This document shows positions 18,276 to 27,008 of a DNA stretch of 64,000 bases, piece by piece. Where the stretch lies: assembly GCA_017626035.1 (NCBI GenBank), contig JAGAJR010000016.1, positions 41,272 through 105,271 on the forward strand, in the 5' to 3' direction. This DNA is from Alphaproteobacteria bacterium. Its GTDB lineage: Bacteria > Pseudomonadota > Alphaproteobacteria > RF32 > CAG-239. Under the pieces are notes generated by a model. The model made no database searches. It was given only the letters and a program-made list of their open reading frames with translations, and was not told where the DNA came from. Positions within the stretch are counted from its first letter, which is position 1, and each line of letters starts with the position of its first letter. The position numbers were made by a program, and so were the translations under genes.

Positions 18276-19238
18276 TTACAAGTCCGGAAACATATTCATG
18301 CCGCGGAATAAACGGGTCATTTGTGTTTCGATGGATGTGGCCAGATTCAGCTTGCCGCCTTTAATAATGCCTCGAACCTGGTCGCCTTTGGTGCTGATTG
18401 GATTGGCAAACAGAAAACTGCAAGCAGGTGCTTTTCTCTCAAAACCTTGAAGGTTTTGGTGTAAAACGCCCAGCATACCGCGGGAGAACAAGTCATAAGC
18501 CAACTCTTCGCTCATGCTGGTAGAAGAGGCATATTTGACTACGGAGTTAATGGCGTCGGTAATGTTGTTGGCGTGAATGGTGGATAAAACCAGGTGTCCG
18601 GAAGTTGCGGCACGCAAAACTTCGCTGGCGGTTTCCGGAGTGCGGATTTCGCCCACAAGAATATAACGCGGTTTGGAACGCAGAGCCGATTTCAATCCTT
18701 CGCCCCAGTTTCCGTGCGGAGGCTGTGTTTGTTTGCACAATCCCAAACCGCCGGCAACGGAGTGATAAACTCCGTCCAAAGGCATTTCGGTCGGATCTTC
18801 AATCGTATAAGCAAAACCGCCCTGTAAGGTCAGATATTCTTTCAGCAGGCTGGAAATGGACGTGGTCTTACCGGCACCGGTAGGGCCGGACCAAAGAATA
18901 AGGCCGGATGCGGTGGACAATGACAATAAATGTTGAGCCAGTTCCGGCGGAAATCCTAAGGCTCCGAACGGCGGAACTTTTTTCGGCATTTTTCGGGCAC
19001 AATACTGAATTCCGTAAATTGACACGGTTCTTTCCACACGGTAAAACACGTCTTCATAAAGCAGGGAATAGCTTGGATTTTGTTTATCCCACGCATTTTC
19101 CAGAATTTGATAAAAAATTTCAAAATCTTCCGCCGCCAGAACAGCCAACCCGTTGGCGGTTTTGTTGTCGGGAATATAAGCGGTTCTGTCCGGGGTAATA
19201 TAAATATCGGAGAACGGCACGTCATTAATTTTAACCAT
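18276..19238 (-). CDS. PilT/DotB-like secretion-superfamily hexameric ATPase (orphan)
   Basis: 320 aa. Walker A GPTGAGKTT, Asp box YTIEDPTE, Walker B YILVGEIR, His box LVLSTIHANN, and an N-terminal FSDIYI motif like the ASDLHL of PilT. Confidence 0.8.
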   Translation of the reverse strand: MVKINDVPFSDIYITPDRTAYIPDNKTANGLAVLAAEDFEIFYQILENAWDKQNPSYSLLYEDVFYRVERTVSIYGIQYCARKMPKKVPPFGALGFPPELAQHLLSLSTASGLILWSGPTGAGKTTSISSLLKEYLTLQGGFAYTIEDPTEMPLDGVYHSVAGGLGLCKQTQPPHGNWGEGLKSALRSKPRYILVGEIRTPETASEVLRAATSGHLVLSTIHANNITDAINSVVKYASSTSMSEELAYDLFSRGMLGVLHQNLQGFERKAPACSFLFANPISTKGDQVRGIIKGGKLNLATSIETQMTRLFRGMNMFPDL

Positions 19239-19347
19239 AGAAGCCTCGTATGTAAGTATAATCCTGAGTATAACTTACTCCCGATGTCTTAAAAAATACT
19301 AAAGTTTATAGTAACATCAAAGAAAACATTTTGATTTTAGGAAGAAT

Positions 19348-20781
19348 ATGCTTAAAAATTTGGCCTTTTGGGTATTACTGAGTGCGGAACCTGTCTGGTT
19401 TCATCACGCGTTGTTTGCGGATAAAGGATTTTCGCTGCTTTCGGCATTTATTGTATTTTTTCAGGGATTTGTTGTCTTTTCATTGCTGCTGACGTTAAAA
19501 CGGCTTCCGGTTGCCGTATTTCTTAGTTTGGAAAGCTTAATGTTTTTGGCACTGATTGCCTACCATAAATATTATGCCGATCCGTTAACCCTGTCTGCCA
19601 TGTTCGGACAGATAAACGAAGGGGCGGCATTTGCCGTAAAATCCCCGCTAAGTTTATTTAACGGATATAGCATGGCTGTTTTGGCATTATGGTTGTTCAA
19701 GATAGCGTTTGTCAAAAAATATTATCAGCCTTTTTCGGATAAATGGATAATAAGAGGAGGAATAACGGCACTCTTGTTGTTTTTTGTTTTTATGACTCAT
19801 AAGAATTATGGCAGACAATGGTTTTCGATTAATGATTTTAATCGTTATGTGCGAGAATTGGGGTATCCTCAGGGCTGGTGGTATGAGGCGATGATGGATT
19901 GGGATAAAAAAGCTTTGACAAGAAAGGTTTTAAGCAATGCCGCCCGTCCGAAAGAGAAATTAAATAAAGAATTAAGCCAAATTAAACCGGTGCGAAACGT
20001 GTTTATTGTTCAGGTGGAGAGCTTAGACAGAGAGGGGATGTTCAAAACAATAGACGGGAAAGCGGTTATGCCTTTTCTGCGTCAGCTTAGCGAAAAAAGC
20101 TTGTTTTATACAATTCTCCCTCATGATAAGAAAGCATCGGCAAATTCGGATTTCAGTATGTTGACGGGAACCGGCGTATATAACGATTCTTATTCGGGAT
20201 TTTATATGTTGCTGCCGCCTTCCGTTTATGAAAAAATCGGTTCCGTGCCGCAAATGTTAAAAGAAAAAGGCTGGCATACCGCTTTTTATCACGGTTATAA
20301 AGGCTGGTTTTTTAATCGCGAAAAACACATCGGTCAAATGGGATTTGATAAGGTCTTTTTTGAAGACAATCTTCCGTTAACATCTCAGAAAGGGGAATGG
20401 GGCTTTGATGATAAAGACTTGTTTGCGTATGTTTTGAAAACGCAGACGGAAAAAAAGAACTTTAACTTTGTGATTACGGTCAGTTCTCACGAAAGCTTCA
20501 ATATCGGAGAAAGACACAAGAAGCTTGTTGCGGAGCCGCAAAACTTAAAAGACAAATATTTTAATGCGTTAAACTATGTTGACGAGGCACTGCAAATGTT
20601 GGTTGAGCAGGCTCCGGAAGACAGCTTGTTTATCATTTATTCCGACCATCACAGCGGAATAACAGAGGATAAAAGAACGGTTTTTTTGATTTATGGCAAA
20701 AATCAATCCCTCAAATTGAAACAGGATGCGGAATTTAACAATCTTCCGCCGCAGATAAAAACATTGCTGCAAAGCTTTTAG
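19348..20781 (+). CDS. Sulfatase/alkaline-phosphatase-superfamily membrane enzyme (LtaS/phospho-form transferase-like)
   Basis: About five N-terminal TM helices followed by a periplasmic sulfatase-type domain. Domain blocks: VFIVQVESLD, ANSDFSMLTG as the nucleophile region, and SSHESF / YSDHH metal-site motifs. Confidence 0.7.
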   Translation: MLKNLAFWVLLSAEPVWFHHALFADKGFSLLSAFIVFFQGFVVFSLLLTLKRLPVAVFLSLESLMFLALIAYHKYYADPLTLSAMFGQINEGAAFAVKSPLSLFNGYSMAVLALWLFKIAFVKKYYQPFSDKWIIRGGITALLLFFVFMTHKNYGRQWFSINDFNRYVRELGYPQGWWYEAMMDWDKKALTRKVLSNAARPKEKLNKELSQIKPVRNVFIVQVESLDREGMFKTIDGKAVMPFLRQLSEKSLFYTILPHDKKASANSDFSMLTGTGVYNDSYSGFYMLLPPSVYEKIGSVPQMLKEKGWHTAFYHGYKGWFFNREKHIGQMGFDKVFFEDNLPLTSQKGEWGFDDKDLFAYVLKTQTEKKNFNFVITVSSHESFNIGERHKKLVAEPQNLKDKYFNALNYVDEALQMLVEQAPEDSLFIIYSDHHSGITEDKRTVFLIYGKNQSLKLKQDAEFNNLPPQIKTLLQSF

Positions 20782-20800
20782 AACTGAGAATTTTACCGAA

Positions 20801-20884
20801 TTAGGTAGCTCAGTTTGCTTATTAGGTAATATTAGGTAATTTTTTTCTTGCGTTTATTACTTTTATTAGGTAATATTAGGTAAT
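20801..20884 (+). promoter_or_regulatory. Array of ATTAGGTAAT boxes upstream of the Fic gene (candidate operator)
   Basis: The 20-mer ATTAGGTAATATTAGGTAAT occurs identically at 20821-20840 and 20865-20884, and each copy is two tandem 10-mers. A degenerate TTAGGTAGCT lies at 20801-20810. The unit is a near-palindrome (ATTA-GG-TAAT). Confidence 0.5.
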
Positions 20885-20890
20885 AAAAGT

Positions 20891-21982
20891 ATGAAAACAG
20901 GTAATAAGGAATGTTTCATGCCCAATATGAAAGATATTAAAATTACTCCGGAAATGCTTACTAAAATTGCGGAAATTGATCGTTTTAACGGCACTTGGCA
21001 AGGTGGTTTTGCAAGTATTGGCCGGGAACAGCTGAATCTTATGAAAAGAATTGCCACGATTGAATCTGTCGGTTCATCCAATCGTATTGAGGGCAATAAA
21101 ATGACCGATATTGAAATAGAAAAACTTTTTAGCCTGATTGATAAAAAATCTTTTAAATCTCGAGATGAGGAAGAGGTTGCCGGATATGCTGATTTATTGA
21201 ATACAATTTTTGATAATTATAAAGATATCCCGCTTTCTGAAAATTATATTAAACAACTGCACCAAATATTGTTGCGTTATTCGTATAAAGATGAGCGTCA
21301 TCGCGGAGAATATAAAAAGGACACAAACAGAGTAGCCGCATTTGATGCGTCAGGCCGGGAGCTAGGTTCTATTTTTGAAACGGCATCCCCGTTTGATACA
21401 CCTAAGCTGATGAGAGAGTTGGTTGAATGGACCAATGATAATTTTAAAGACGGCTATTTTCATCCGATAATTGTTATTGGTGTTTTTGTTGTACATTTTC
21501 TTGCCATACATCCTTTTACGGATGGGAATGGCCGGATGTCAAGAGCTTTGACGGTAATGCTGATGTTGCAAAGCGGATATGATTATATGCCGTATGCTTC
21601 AATGGAATCGGTTGTTGAAGCGAGTAAAGAAGGATATTACCGAGCTTTGCGAGGAACACAAAAATCCATTTGGACGGATGAGGTAAATTATGAACCATGG
21701 TTGACATTTTTTATTACGTCTCTTCAAAAGCAAAAAAGGCATTTGGAAGAAAAAATCAAACAAGCCCAAAATGAAGGTTGGGATAAGTTGCCGCCGACGG
21801 CTCGGGAGATTTTAAACTTATTTGCAGCTCAGACGGAATGGAGCGTTGCCGATATAGCAAATACTTTGGGTAAAAATCTGGAAACCGTAAAAAAATCGGT
21901 ACAATCTCTTTTGAAAAAAGGCTTTTTGTTTAAACATGGAACGACTAAAGCTGTTTTCTATACACTAAAGAAAAGACCATAA
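20891..21982 (+). CDS. Fic-family protein (class II, N-terminal inhibitory motif) with C-terminal winged-helix domain
   Basis: Intact Fic motif HPFTDGNGRMSRAL, and an N-terminal SNRIEG matching the (S/T)xxxE(G/N) inhibitory helix. The C-terminal part looks HTH-like (WSVADIANTLGKNLETVKKSVQSLLKKGFL). Confidence 0.85.
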   Translation: MKTGNKECFMPNMKDIKITPEMLTKIAEIDRFNGTWQGGFASIGREQLNLMKRIATIESVGSSNRIEGNKMTDIEIEKLFSLIDKKSFKSRDEEEVAGYADLLNTIFDNYKDIPLSENYIKQLHQILLRYSYKDERHRGEYKKDTNRVAAFDASGRELGSIFETASPFDTPKLMRELVEWTNDNFKDGYFHPIIVIGVFVVHFLAIHPFTDGNGRMSRALTVMLMLQSGYDYMPYASMESVVEASKEGYYRALRGTQKSIWTDEVNYEPWLTFFITSLQKQKRHLEEKIKQAQNEGWDKLPPTAREILNLFAAQTEWSVADIANTLGKNLETVKKSVQSLLKKGFLFKHGTTKAVFYTLKKRP

Positions 21983-22010
21983 AAAAAGAGCCTCTTTCCG
22001 AGGCTCTTTT
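21983..22010. terminator. Bidirectional terminator shared by fic (+) and the distal pilin gene (-)
   Basis: AGAGCCTC - ttTCC loop - GAGGCTCT, flanked by an A7 run and a T4 run. Confidence 0.8.
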
Positions 22011-22035
22011 GATTGAAGCAATGTTCCGTTCTAAA

Positions 22036-22656
22036 TTATTGGTATCTCCAAGAGACTGAACATGTAGGGCTTGTCTCGCAACCACAGTTTGTTGCAGCTT
22101 GCGTCAAAGCGATTGGCAAGTCAGTCGTTGCATTACCGGCATTATAAGTTGTATAAGCAGGCTTAACTGTAGAGGCTTGTGTTGCACCGGAAATAGCCAT
22201 ACCGACCAGACCGGAAGCGGCACCGGTACCCCAGTCAGCCGTGGCAATGGAAACACAAGCTTCTCTACTCAGGCCGTTATAGGTAATTTGGAAAGCCTTA
22301 TTGGCATATACTCCTGCTGCATCATTCTTATCTGCGGATGCTGCGGCAATAGTTACTTCGCCGTTGAAGGCATTAACGATTTTAGAGGTAGAAGAATACA
22401 TTTCGTTCGGAATAATACCAAAACCGATAGCTGCCGCATTATTCAAACCGCTGTAGTTTCTTTGTCCGGAGTACAAGGTTCTGATGTTGGCAACCAACAT
22501 GGAAACCTGGTCCATGGTTTTGTTAATTTTGAATTTGGTCATTGCTTTTGAATAACCGGCGATACCACCGACAGACAAGACACCGATAATGGCGAGCACG
22601 CCCAGCATTTCCACCATTGAACGACCGCTCTGGTCATTTTTATATAAATTTGTCAT
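22036..22656 (-). CDS. Type IV pilin (type IVb-like), paralog 2
   Basis: Prepilin leader MTNLYKNDQSG followed by RSMVEMLGVLAIIGVLSVGG, with Gly at -1 and Glu at +5. C-terminal Cys pairs. Strong SD AAGGAGAGGAG. Confidence 0.88.
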   Translation of the reverse strand: MTNLYKNDQSGRSMVEMLGVLAIIGVLSVGGIAGYSKAMTKFKINKTMDQVSMLVANIRTLYSGQRNYSGLNNAAAIGFGIIPNEMYSSTSKIVNAFNGEVTIAAASADKNDAAGVYANKAFQITYNGLSREACVSIATADWGTGAASGLVGMAISGATQASTVKPAYTTYNAGNATTDLPIALTQAATNCGCETSPTCSVSWRYQ

Positions 22657-22908
22657 TGCTCCTCTCCTTATAAATCTGTTTGCTAATTCTTTAGCATTTT
22701 GCTTATACCTTAATCATAAAAGATTTATATTTACTTAACAATTCTGTCTTTAGGCATAATTTTATTTTTTGACTATAACTTTTTGCATAGGGTTATATAT
22801 ATCCAACTTTCGTTCTTATATAATGAGTTTGTTTATTTTGCAACAAATGTTTTACTCTGGGGAAATCTTACGGAAAATCTCCGTTGATGATAATAGAAAT
22901 AACTTTAA

Positions 22909-23523
22909 TTATTGGTAACGCCAAACCACGGAACAGGATGGTGAATTTTCACAGGCACATTTGGTTGCGGCTTGCGTTAAAGCGACAGGCAAGTCAGTTG
23001 CAACGTCTTTATTATATGTTGTGTAATTCGGAACCGTAGTTGAATTGCTTTCCGAGCCGGATAAAAATATTCCTTCCAAACCGGAAGCCGCCCCGCTGCC
23101 CCAATCGGATGTGCCGATGGTAACACAAGCCTCACGGCTTAAGCCGTTATATACGATTTGAAACGCTTTGTTGGCTTTTGTTCCGCTGGTTGCAGTTAAA
23201 CTGTCCGCAGCGGCAATGATAACTTCACCATTGAAGGCATTAACGATTTTAGAGGTGGAAGAATACATTTCATTCGGGATAATGCCAAAACCAACAGCTG
23301 TTGTATTAGTCAGACCGCTGTAGTTTCTCTGTCCGGAATACAAAGTTCTGATGTTGGCAACCAACATGGAAACCTGATCCATGGTCTTGTTGATTTTGAA
23401 TTTGGTCATAGCCTTGGAATAACCGGCAATACCGCCGACAGACAAGACGCCGATAATGGCAAGTACGCCCAGCATTTCCACCATTGAACGACCGTTTTGG
23501 TTATCAGTACATATTCTTTTCAC
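22909..23523 (-). CDS. Type IV pilin (type IVb-like), paralog 1
   Basis: GTG start. Leader MKRICTDNQNG followed by RSMVEMLGVLAIIGVLSVGG. The N-terminal ~60 mature residues and the last ~25 residues are almost identical to the neighbouring pilin, while the centre is divergent. Confidence 0.88.
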   Translation of the reverse strand: MKRICTDNQNGRSMVEMLGVLAIIGVLSVGGIAGYSKAMTKFKINKTMDQVSMLVANIRTLYSGQRNYSGLTNTTAVGFGIIPNEMYSSTSKIVNAFNGEVIIAAADSLTATSGTKANKAFQIVYNGLSREACVTIGTSDWGSGAASGLEGIFLSGSESNSTTVPNYTTYNKDVATDLPVALTQAATKCACENSPSCSVVWRYQ

Positions 23524-23617
23524 GCTTAATCTCCAACACCCAATATAACTTCACACTTACAGAATGAACGATTTTTTATTATTTTTCAATTATGTCTTTA
23601 GTCATAAACACAAAAAA

Positions 23618-24193
23618 CTACTCAAAAGTCCATAACAGCGATGTTTGCTTGCCGCAATATCTGCGAGCGTTTTCTGCCGTAATCGGAAGTTTGTTTTCAC
23701 CGCCCCAGGAGAATTCTGTTTGTTGCCCGTTGTTAATAATTGTAATGCTCAAAAGGCCTAAAGACTGGTTTTCGGTAAATTGAAATTCCGCTAACTGTTC
23801 ACATTCTTTTTTATCTAAATCCGCAAAAACAATATCAAAACTTCTTGCTCCCGGCATGACAAGGTTTCCTTCTGCCCCTTGCCCGATAAGAATATTTTTA
23901 CCTAAAGCGTTAACCGTTTTGCCGTTTTGAATAAAAGAAGCCGGCAGCAGGTTGTTTTTTAAGACGCTTTCCGTATTTAATCCCCAATATCCGGGACGAT
24001 TGCGATAAAATTTTCTGATTTCTTCCGCAACGGACATAACTTCCTTTGCCGCCAAGATAATTTTGGGATTAGGGCGAGATACCCAAACTATTCCTCCGAT
24101 AATGAGAAACAGCAGGCCGGCACATCCGGCCGCAACCTTCAAATTAATCCGTTGTTTCAGTATTTCTATGATTTCTTTCAGTTTTTCGTTCAT
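23618..24193 (-). CDS. Pilin-fold paralog lacking a prepilin cleavage motif (membrane-anchored minor pilin-like protein)
   Basis: 191 aa with one N-terminal TM helix. Residues EEIRKFYRNRPGYWGLNTESVLKNNLLPASF...VNALG align by eye with the pilins' ANIRTLYSGQRNYSGLNNAAAIGFGIIPNEM...VNAFNG. There is no G/xxxxE motif. The start overlaps the platform gene stop (TAATG). Confidence 0.55.
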   Translation of the reverse strand: MNEKLKEIIEILKQRINLKVAAGCAGLLFLIIGGIVWVSRPNPKIILAAKEVMSVAEEIRKFYRNRPGYWGLNTESVLKNNLLPASFIQNGKTVNALGKNILIGQGAEGNLVMPGARSFDIVFADLDKKECEQLAEFQFTENQSLGLLSITIINNGQQTEFSWGGENKLPITAENARRYCGKQTSLLWTFE

Positions 24194-25326
24194 TAACCCG
24201 CTCCCATGGAACTGGTAATCTGGTCTTGCATTTCAAACACGCCCATAACTGCCCAGGCAATAACGCCGCCCACGGAAAGCAGTGCCGCCATGTTCAAAAT
24301 AGAGGCTTTCTGCTCAATCATATAGACTGATTCATCCAGCCAGTCGTTGGCAAGCTTTTCCAAGGCCTCTTCAAAGTTATCCAATTCCGAATAAATCTTC
24401 AAGTCGCTGATAATTTCGGCATCCGGGAAGTCTAAGCCTGTTTTGGCCAAAGCTTGACCCAAGTTATCACCGTTATTGATATGAATGAGTGTTTCATCAA
24501 TGCGTTCCTTCAAATAACTGTTTGAGTCTCTTCTTAACGCTCTTAATGATGTGGAAACAGGCGTTCCGCTCTTGACCAGTGCGGAAAGAGCCAAAAGCCA
24601 GCTGATACCGGAAAAGACTTTGTATAATGACCAAGGCGGAATGCTGTCAAAAAAGGCTCTGATTTTTCCGGTCCAAATACCGATGGTTCCGTAAATAATA
24701 ATCATAACCACCGGCAGAGCCGAGAAGGCAATAAGCCAATATTGGGCAATCCAGTCGGAAATGTCCACCAATGTTTTGGCCGTTCCCCGCCAACGGACGG
24801 TCGGAGCAGCGTCAATCATCGGCGGCACCATGTAAACGCCGATACCGTAAATAATCAAAATTGCCATCATAAACAGGAAGGTCGGATAAGTAATGGCTCC
24901 GACAATCGGACGAACCATTTTGGTGGAACCTTCGGTAACGCGGATAAGGTTCAGCAAAGCACCTTCCAAGTCAGAAACGTCGCCCACGGAAAGCATCAGT
25001 CGTTCACGGTTTGGTGCCCAGCCTTTCAAGGCATCGGAAAAAGTAAGACCGTTTTGCAGGGCTTTACCCCAGCTGGCAATGGCAATAGCTAAAGGTTCAC
25101 TTGGGTTTTTGCCCCCGTTGCTCACACTGTCATGCAACAAATCCAACGCATCCATCAATGAAAAGCGGTTACGCATCAAAGACGCCAGTTTACGATAAAT
25201 TTTCAGTCTGGTGTCGTTTGAAAACTGACAAATCATCTTGGCATAATAAACTTCAATCGTGTTCAGTTGCCGCATTGCTTTGGCTAGGGAAGCTGTTTGA
25301 CGTTTCTTTTGCTCTTCTTCGGCCAT
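24193..25326 (-). CDS. Type IV pilus inner-membrane platform protein (GspF/PilC family; R64 PilR-like)
   Basis: 377 aa with a duplicated GspF-type architecture of cytoplasmic helical domains and three TM segments. Positioned between the ATPase and pilin genes. Confidence 0.85.
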   Translation of the reverse strand: MAEEEQKKRQTASLAKAMRQLNTIEVYYAKMICQFSNDTRLKIYRKLASLMRNRFSLMDALDLLHDSVSNGGKNPSEPLAIAIASWGKALQNGLTFSDALKGWAPNRERLMLSVGDVSDLEGALLNLIRVTEGSTKMVRPIVGAITYPTFLFMMAILIIYGIGVYMVPPMIDAAPTVRWRGTAKTLVDISDWIAQYWLIAFSALPVVMIIIYGTIGIWTGKIRAFFDSIPPWSLYKVFSGISWLLALSALVKSGTPVSTSLRALRRDSNSYLKERIDETLIHINNGDNLGQALAKTGLDFPDAEIISDLKIYSELDNFEEALEKLANDWLDESVYMIEQKASILNMAALLSVGGVIAWAVMGVFEMQDQITSSMGAG

Positions 25327-25350
25327 TTTGATTTTGCTCCTTAAAAATAA

Positions 25351-27000
25351 CTAGTAGGCAGGGCGTTGATCCAACAGGCCGCACCAACGTTCGACCTCGT
25401 CCAAATCAATATATCCCTTTAACATTCGCTCAATGGCGGCTTCTTTTAATGTACGCCCGTTCAAATCGCTTGTCCAGTAGTCAATGGCTTTTCTGGTTTC
25501 GCCTTTAATCATCAGTTCCAGAAACATGGCATCTGGCAAAATAATTTCCGGCACGCTCATACGGCCTTTAACGCCTCTGTTGTCGCAATATTTGCAGCCC
25601 GGACCGCGGACAAAGGTATTTTCAACGCCGAAATCGCCCAAAGCGACGCGAAGCCTTTGAACGGAAGGATCGTTCAGTTTTTCTTTTACGGACATTCGGC
25701 AGTGCGGGCAAAGTTTACGGAACAGGCGTTGTGAAATCAGCCCTTTCATCAGTTCCGGGTCGACCAGTTTAAATGGTTCAACGCCCATGTCGCGAAGACG
25801 CATCAAAATTGCCGGTGCCGAGTTAGCGTGCAGGGTAGACCACATTCCGTGTCCGGATAATGCTCCTTGGAAAGTCAATTGTGCGGCCGCAAGGGCACGA
25901 ATCTCACCCACCATAATAACGTCCGGGTCGGAACGCAGGGCAGCAGACAGTGCTTTGGTAAATTGTTCGGCTTTTTCTTCTTCGGTATTGGCGTTGGTAA
26001 CCGGCATTTGCCTTGCTCCCGGAATCGGATACTCCGGAGGGTCTTCCACGGTCAGAAGGTTAAGCTCATAGTTTTTCTCCTGCAAAAGCTTAATCATATT
26101 TCTTTGCAGGGTGGTTGATTTTCCCGAACCGGTCGGACCGGCAATAATGTTTAAGCCGACCGGAACCGCCCGCAGACGGTAAAACAGGTTTTCTTCATAT
26201 TCTCCGAAACCCAAAGCCGACAAATCGCCGCTTCCGTCCGGGTTGTCATCGGCATATAACAGACGCATAACCAGGTATTGCGAACCGAAGGCGATAGGGT
26301 TGAATTGCAGACGGATAGCCAGCACGTTGTGCGGCAGCATTAACTTTCCTTTAGAACCTCTCAGCGGAGTGGAACCCAATTTTTGGGCACCCTGAAATTC
26401 GTTTTGGGCATAGTTCGCATCTGAAATGTCCGCAGAGGCAAATGCCGCACGAACGAATGATTCTCCCCATTCTTTATTATATTCCATTTCCGTCTGCATC
26501 ATACCGTTGACGCGGAACATAATCTGGGTACTGTCGGCAACCACAATATGAATATCGGACACTTTCTGCGAAGCGGCTCTGGCAACTACGTTGACAAAGT
26601 CTTTCTGCATTTGCAGTTGGTCAAGATCTGAGTCGTTCTCAACAACCGTCTGGTTGCGTTCGCCGTAAGCATAAATGGCGTTAAGTTCGTTTTGGGAAAC
26701 GTATTTTGGCTTGAGAAGGTTTAGTTTTTTCTTGCGGGCAAGAACTTCGAAACTGAGAACGCGTCCGTCAAACTTATGCGTTTCCGAAACCAGATATTGT
26801 CCGTCGGAGAATAATGCAACAAGTCGTCTGGTATCATCATTAATAACCAGAGAAGAACCGGGAAGAGTCAATAAACGATTGCCGTTTCCGAAATATCCTT
26901 CAAACAGGTTTTGCGGCTTTTTTTCTTCTTCGCCGCTTTCTGCTAAATTGGGATTTTTTTCTTCCTCTTCTGCAACATTATTTTCTTCTTCGTCAGCCAT
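25351..27000 (-). CDS. Type IV pilus assembly ATPase (GspE/PilB family; R64 PilQ-like)
   Basis: Walker A GPTGSGKST, Asp box LTVEDPPEY, Walker B DVIMVGEIR, His box GHGMWSTLHAN, and the tetracysteine motif CPHC...CKYC. Confidence 0.92.
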   Translation of the reverse strand: MADEEENNVAEEEEKNPNLAESGEEEKKPQNLFEGYFGNGNRLLTLPGSSLVINDDTRRLVALFSDGQYLVSETHKFDGRVLSFEVLARKKKLNLLKPKYVSQNELNAIYAYGERNQTVVENDSDLDQLQMQKDFVNVVARAASQKVSDIHIVVADSTQIMFRVNGMMQTEMEYNKEWGESFVRAAFASADISDANYAQNEFQGAQKLGSTPLRGSKGKLMLPHNVLAIRLQFNPIAFGSQYLVMRLLYADDNPDGSGDLSALGFGEYEENLFYRLRAVPVGLNIIAGPTGSGKSTTLQRNMIKLLQEKNYELNLLTVEDPPEYPIPGARQMPVTNANTEEEKAEQFTKALSAALRSDPDVIMVGEIRALAAAQLTFQGALSGHGMWSTLHANSAPAILMRLRDMGVEPFKLVDPELMKGLISQRLFRKLCPHCRMSVKEKLNDPSVQRLRVALGDFGVENTFVRGPGCKYCDNRGVKGRMSVPEIILPDAMFLELMIKGETRKAIDYWTSDLNGRTLKEAAIERMLKGYIDLDEVERWCGLLDQRPAY

Positions 27001-27008
27001 TTGCCGAA

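Noticed and set aside
18208-18450. 80-aa plus-strand ORF at the end of the PilT-like gene
   Set aside because: It overlaps the terminator hairpin and the 3' end of a motif-rich ATPase gene on the opposite strand. It has no ribosome-binding site or motifs.
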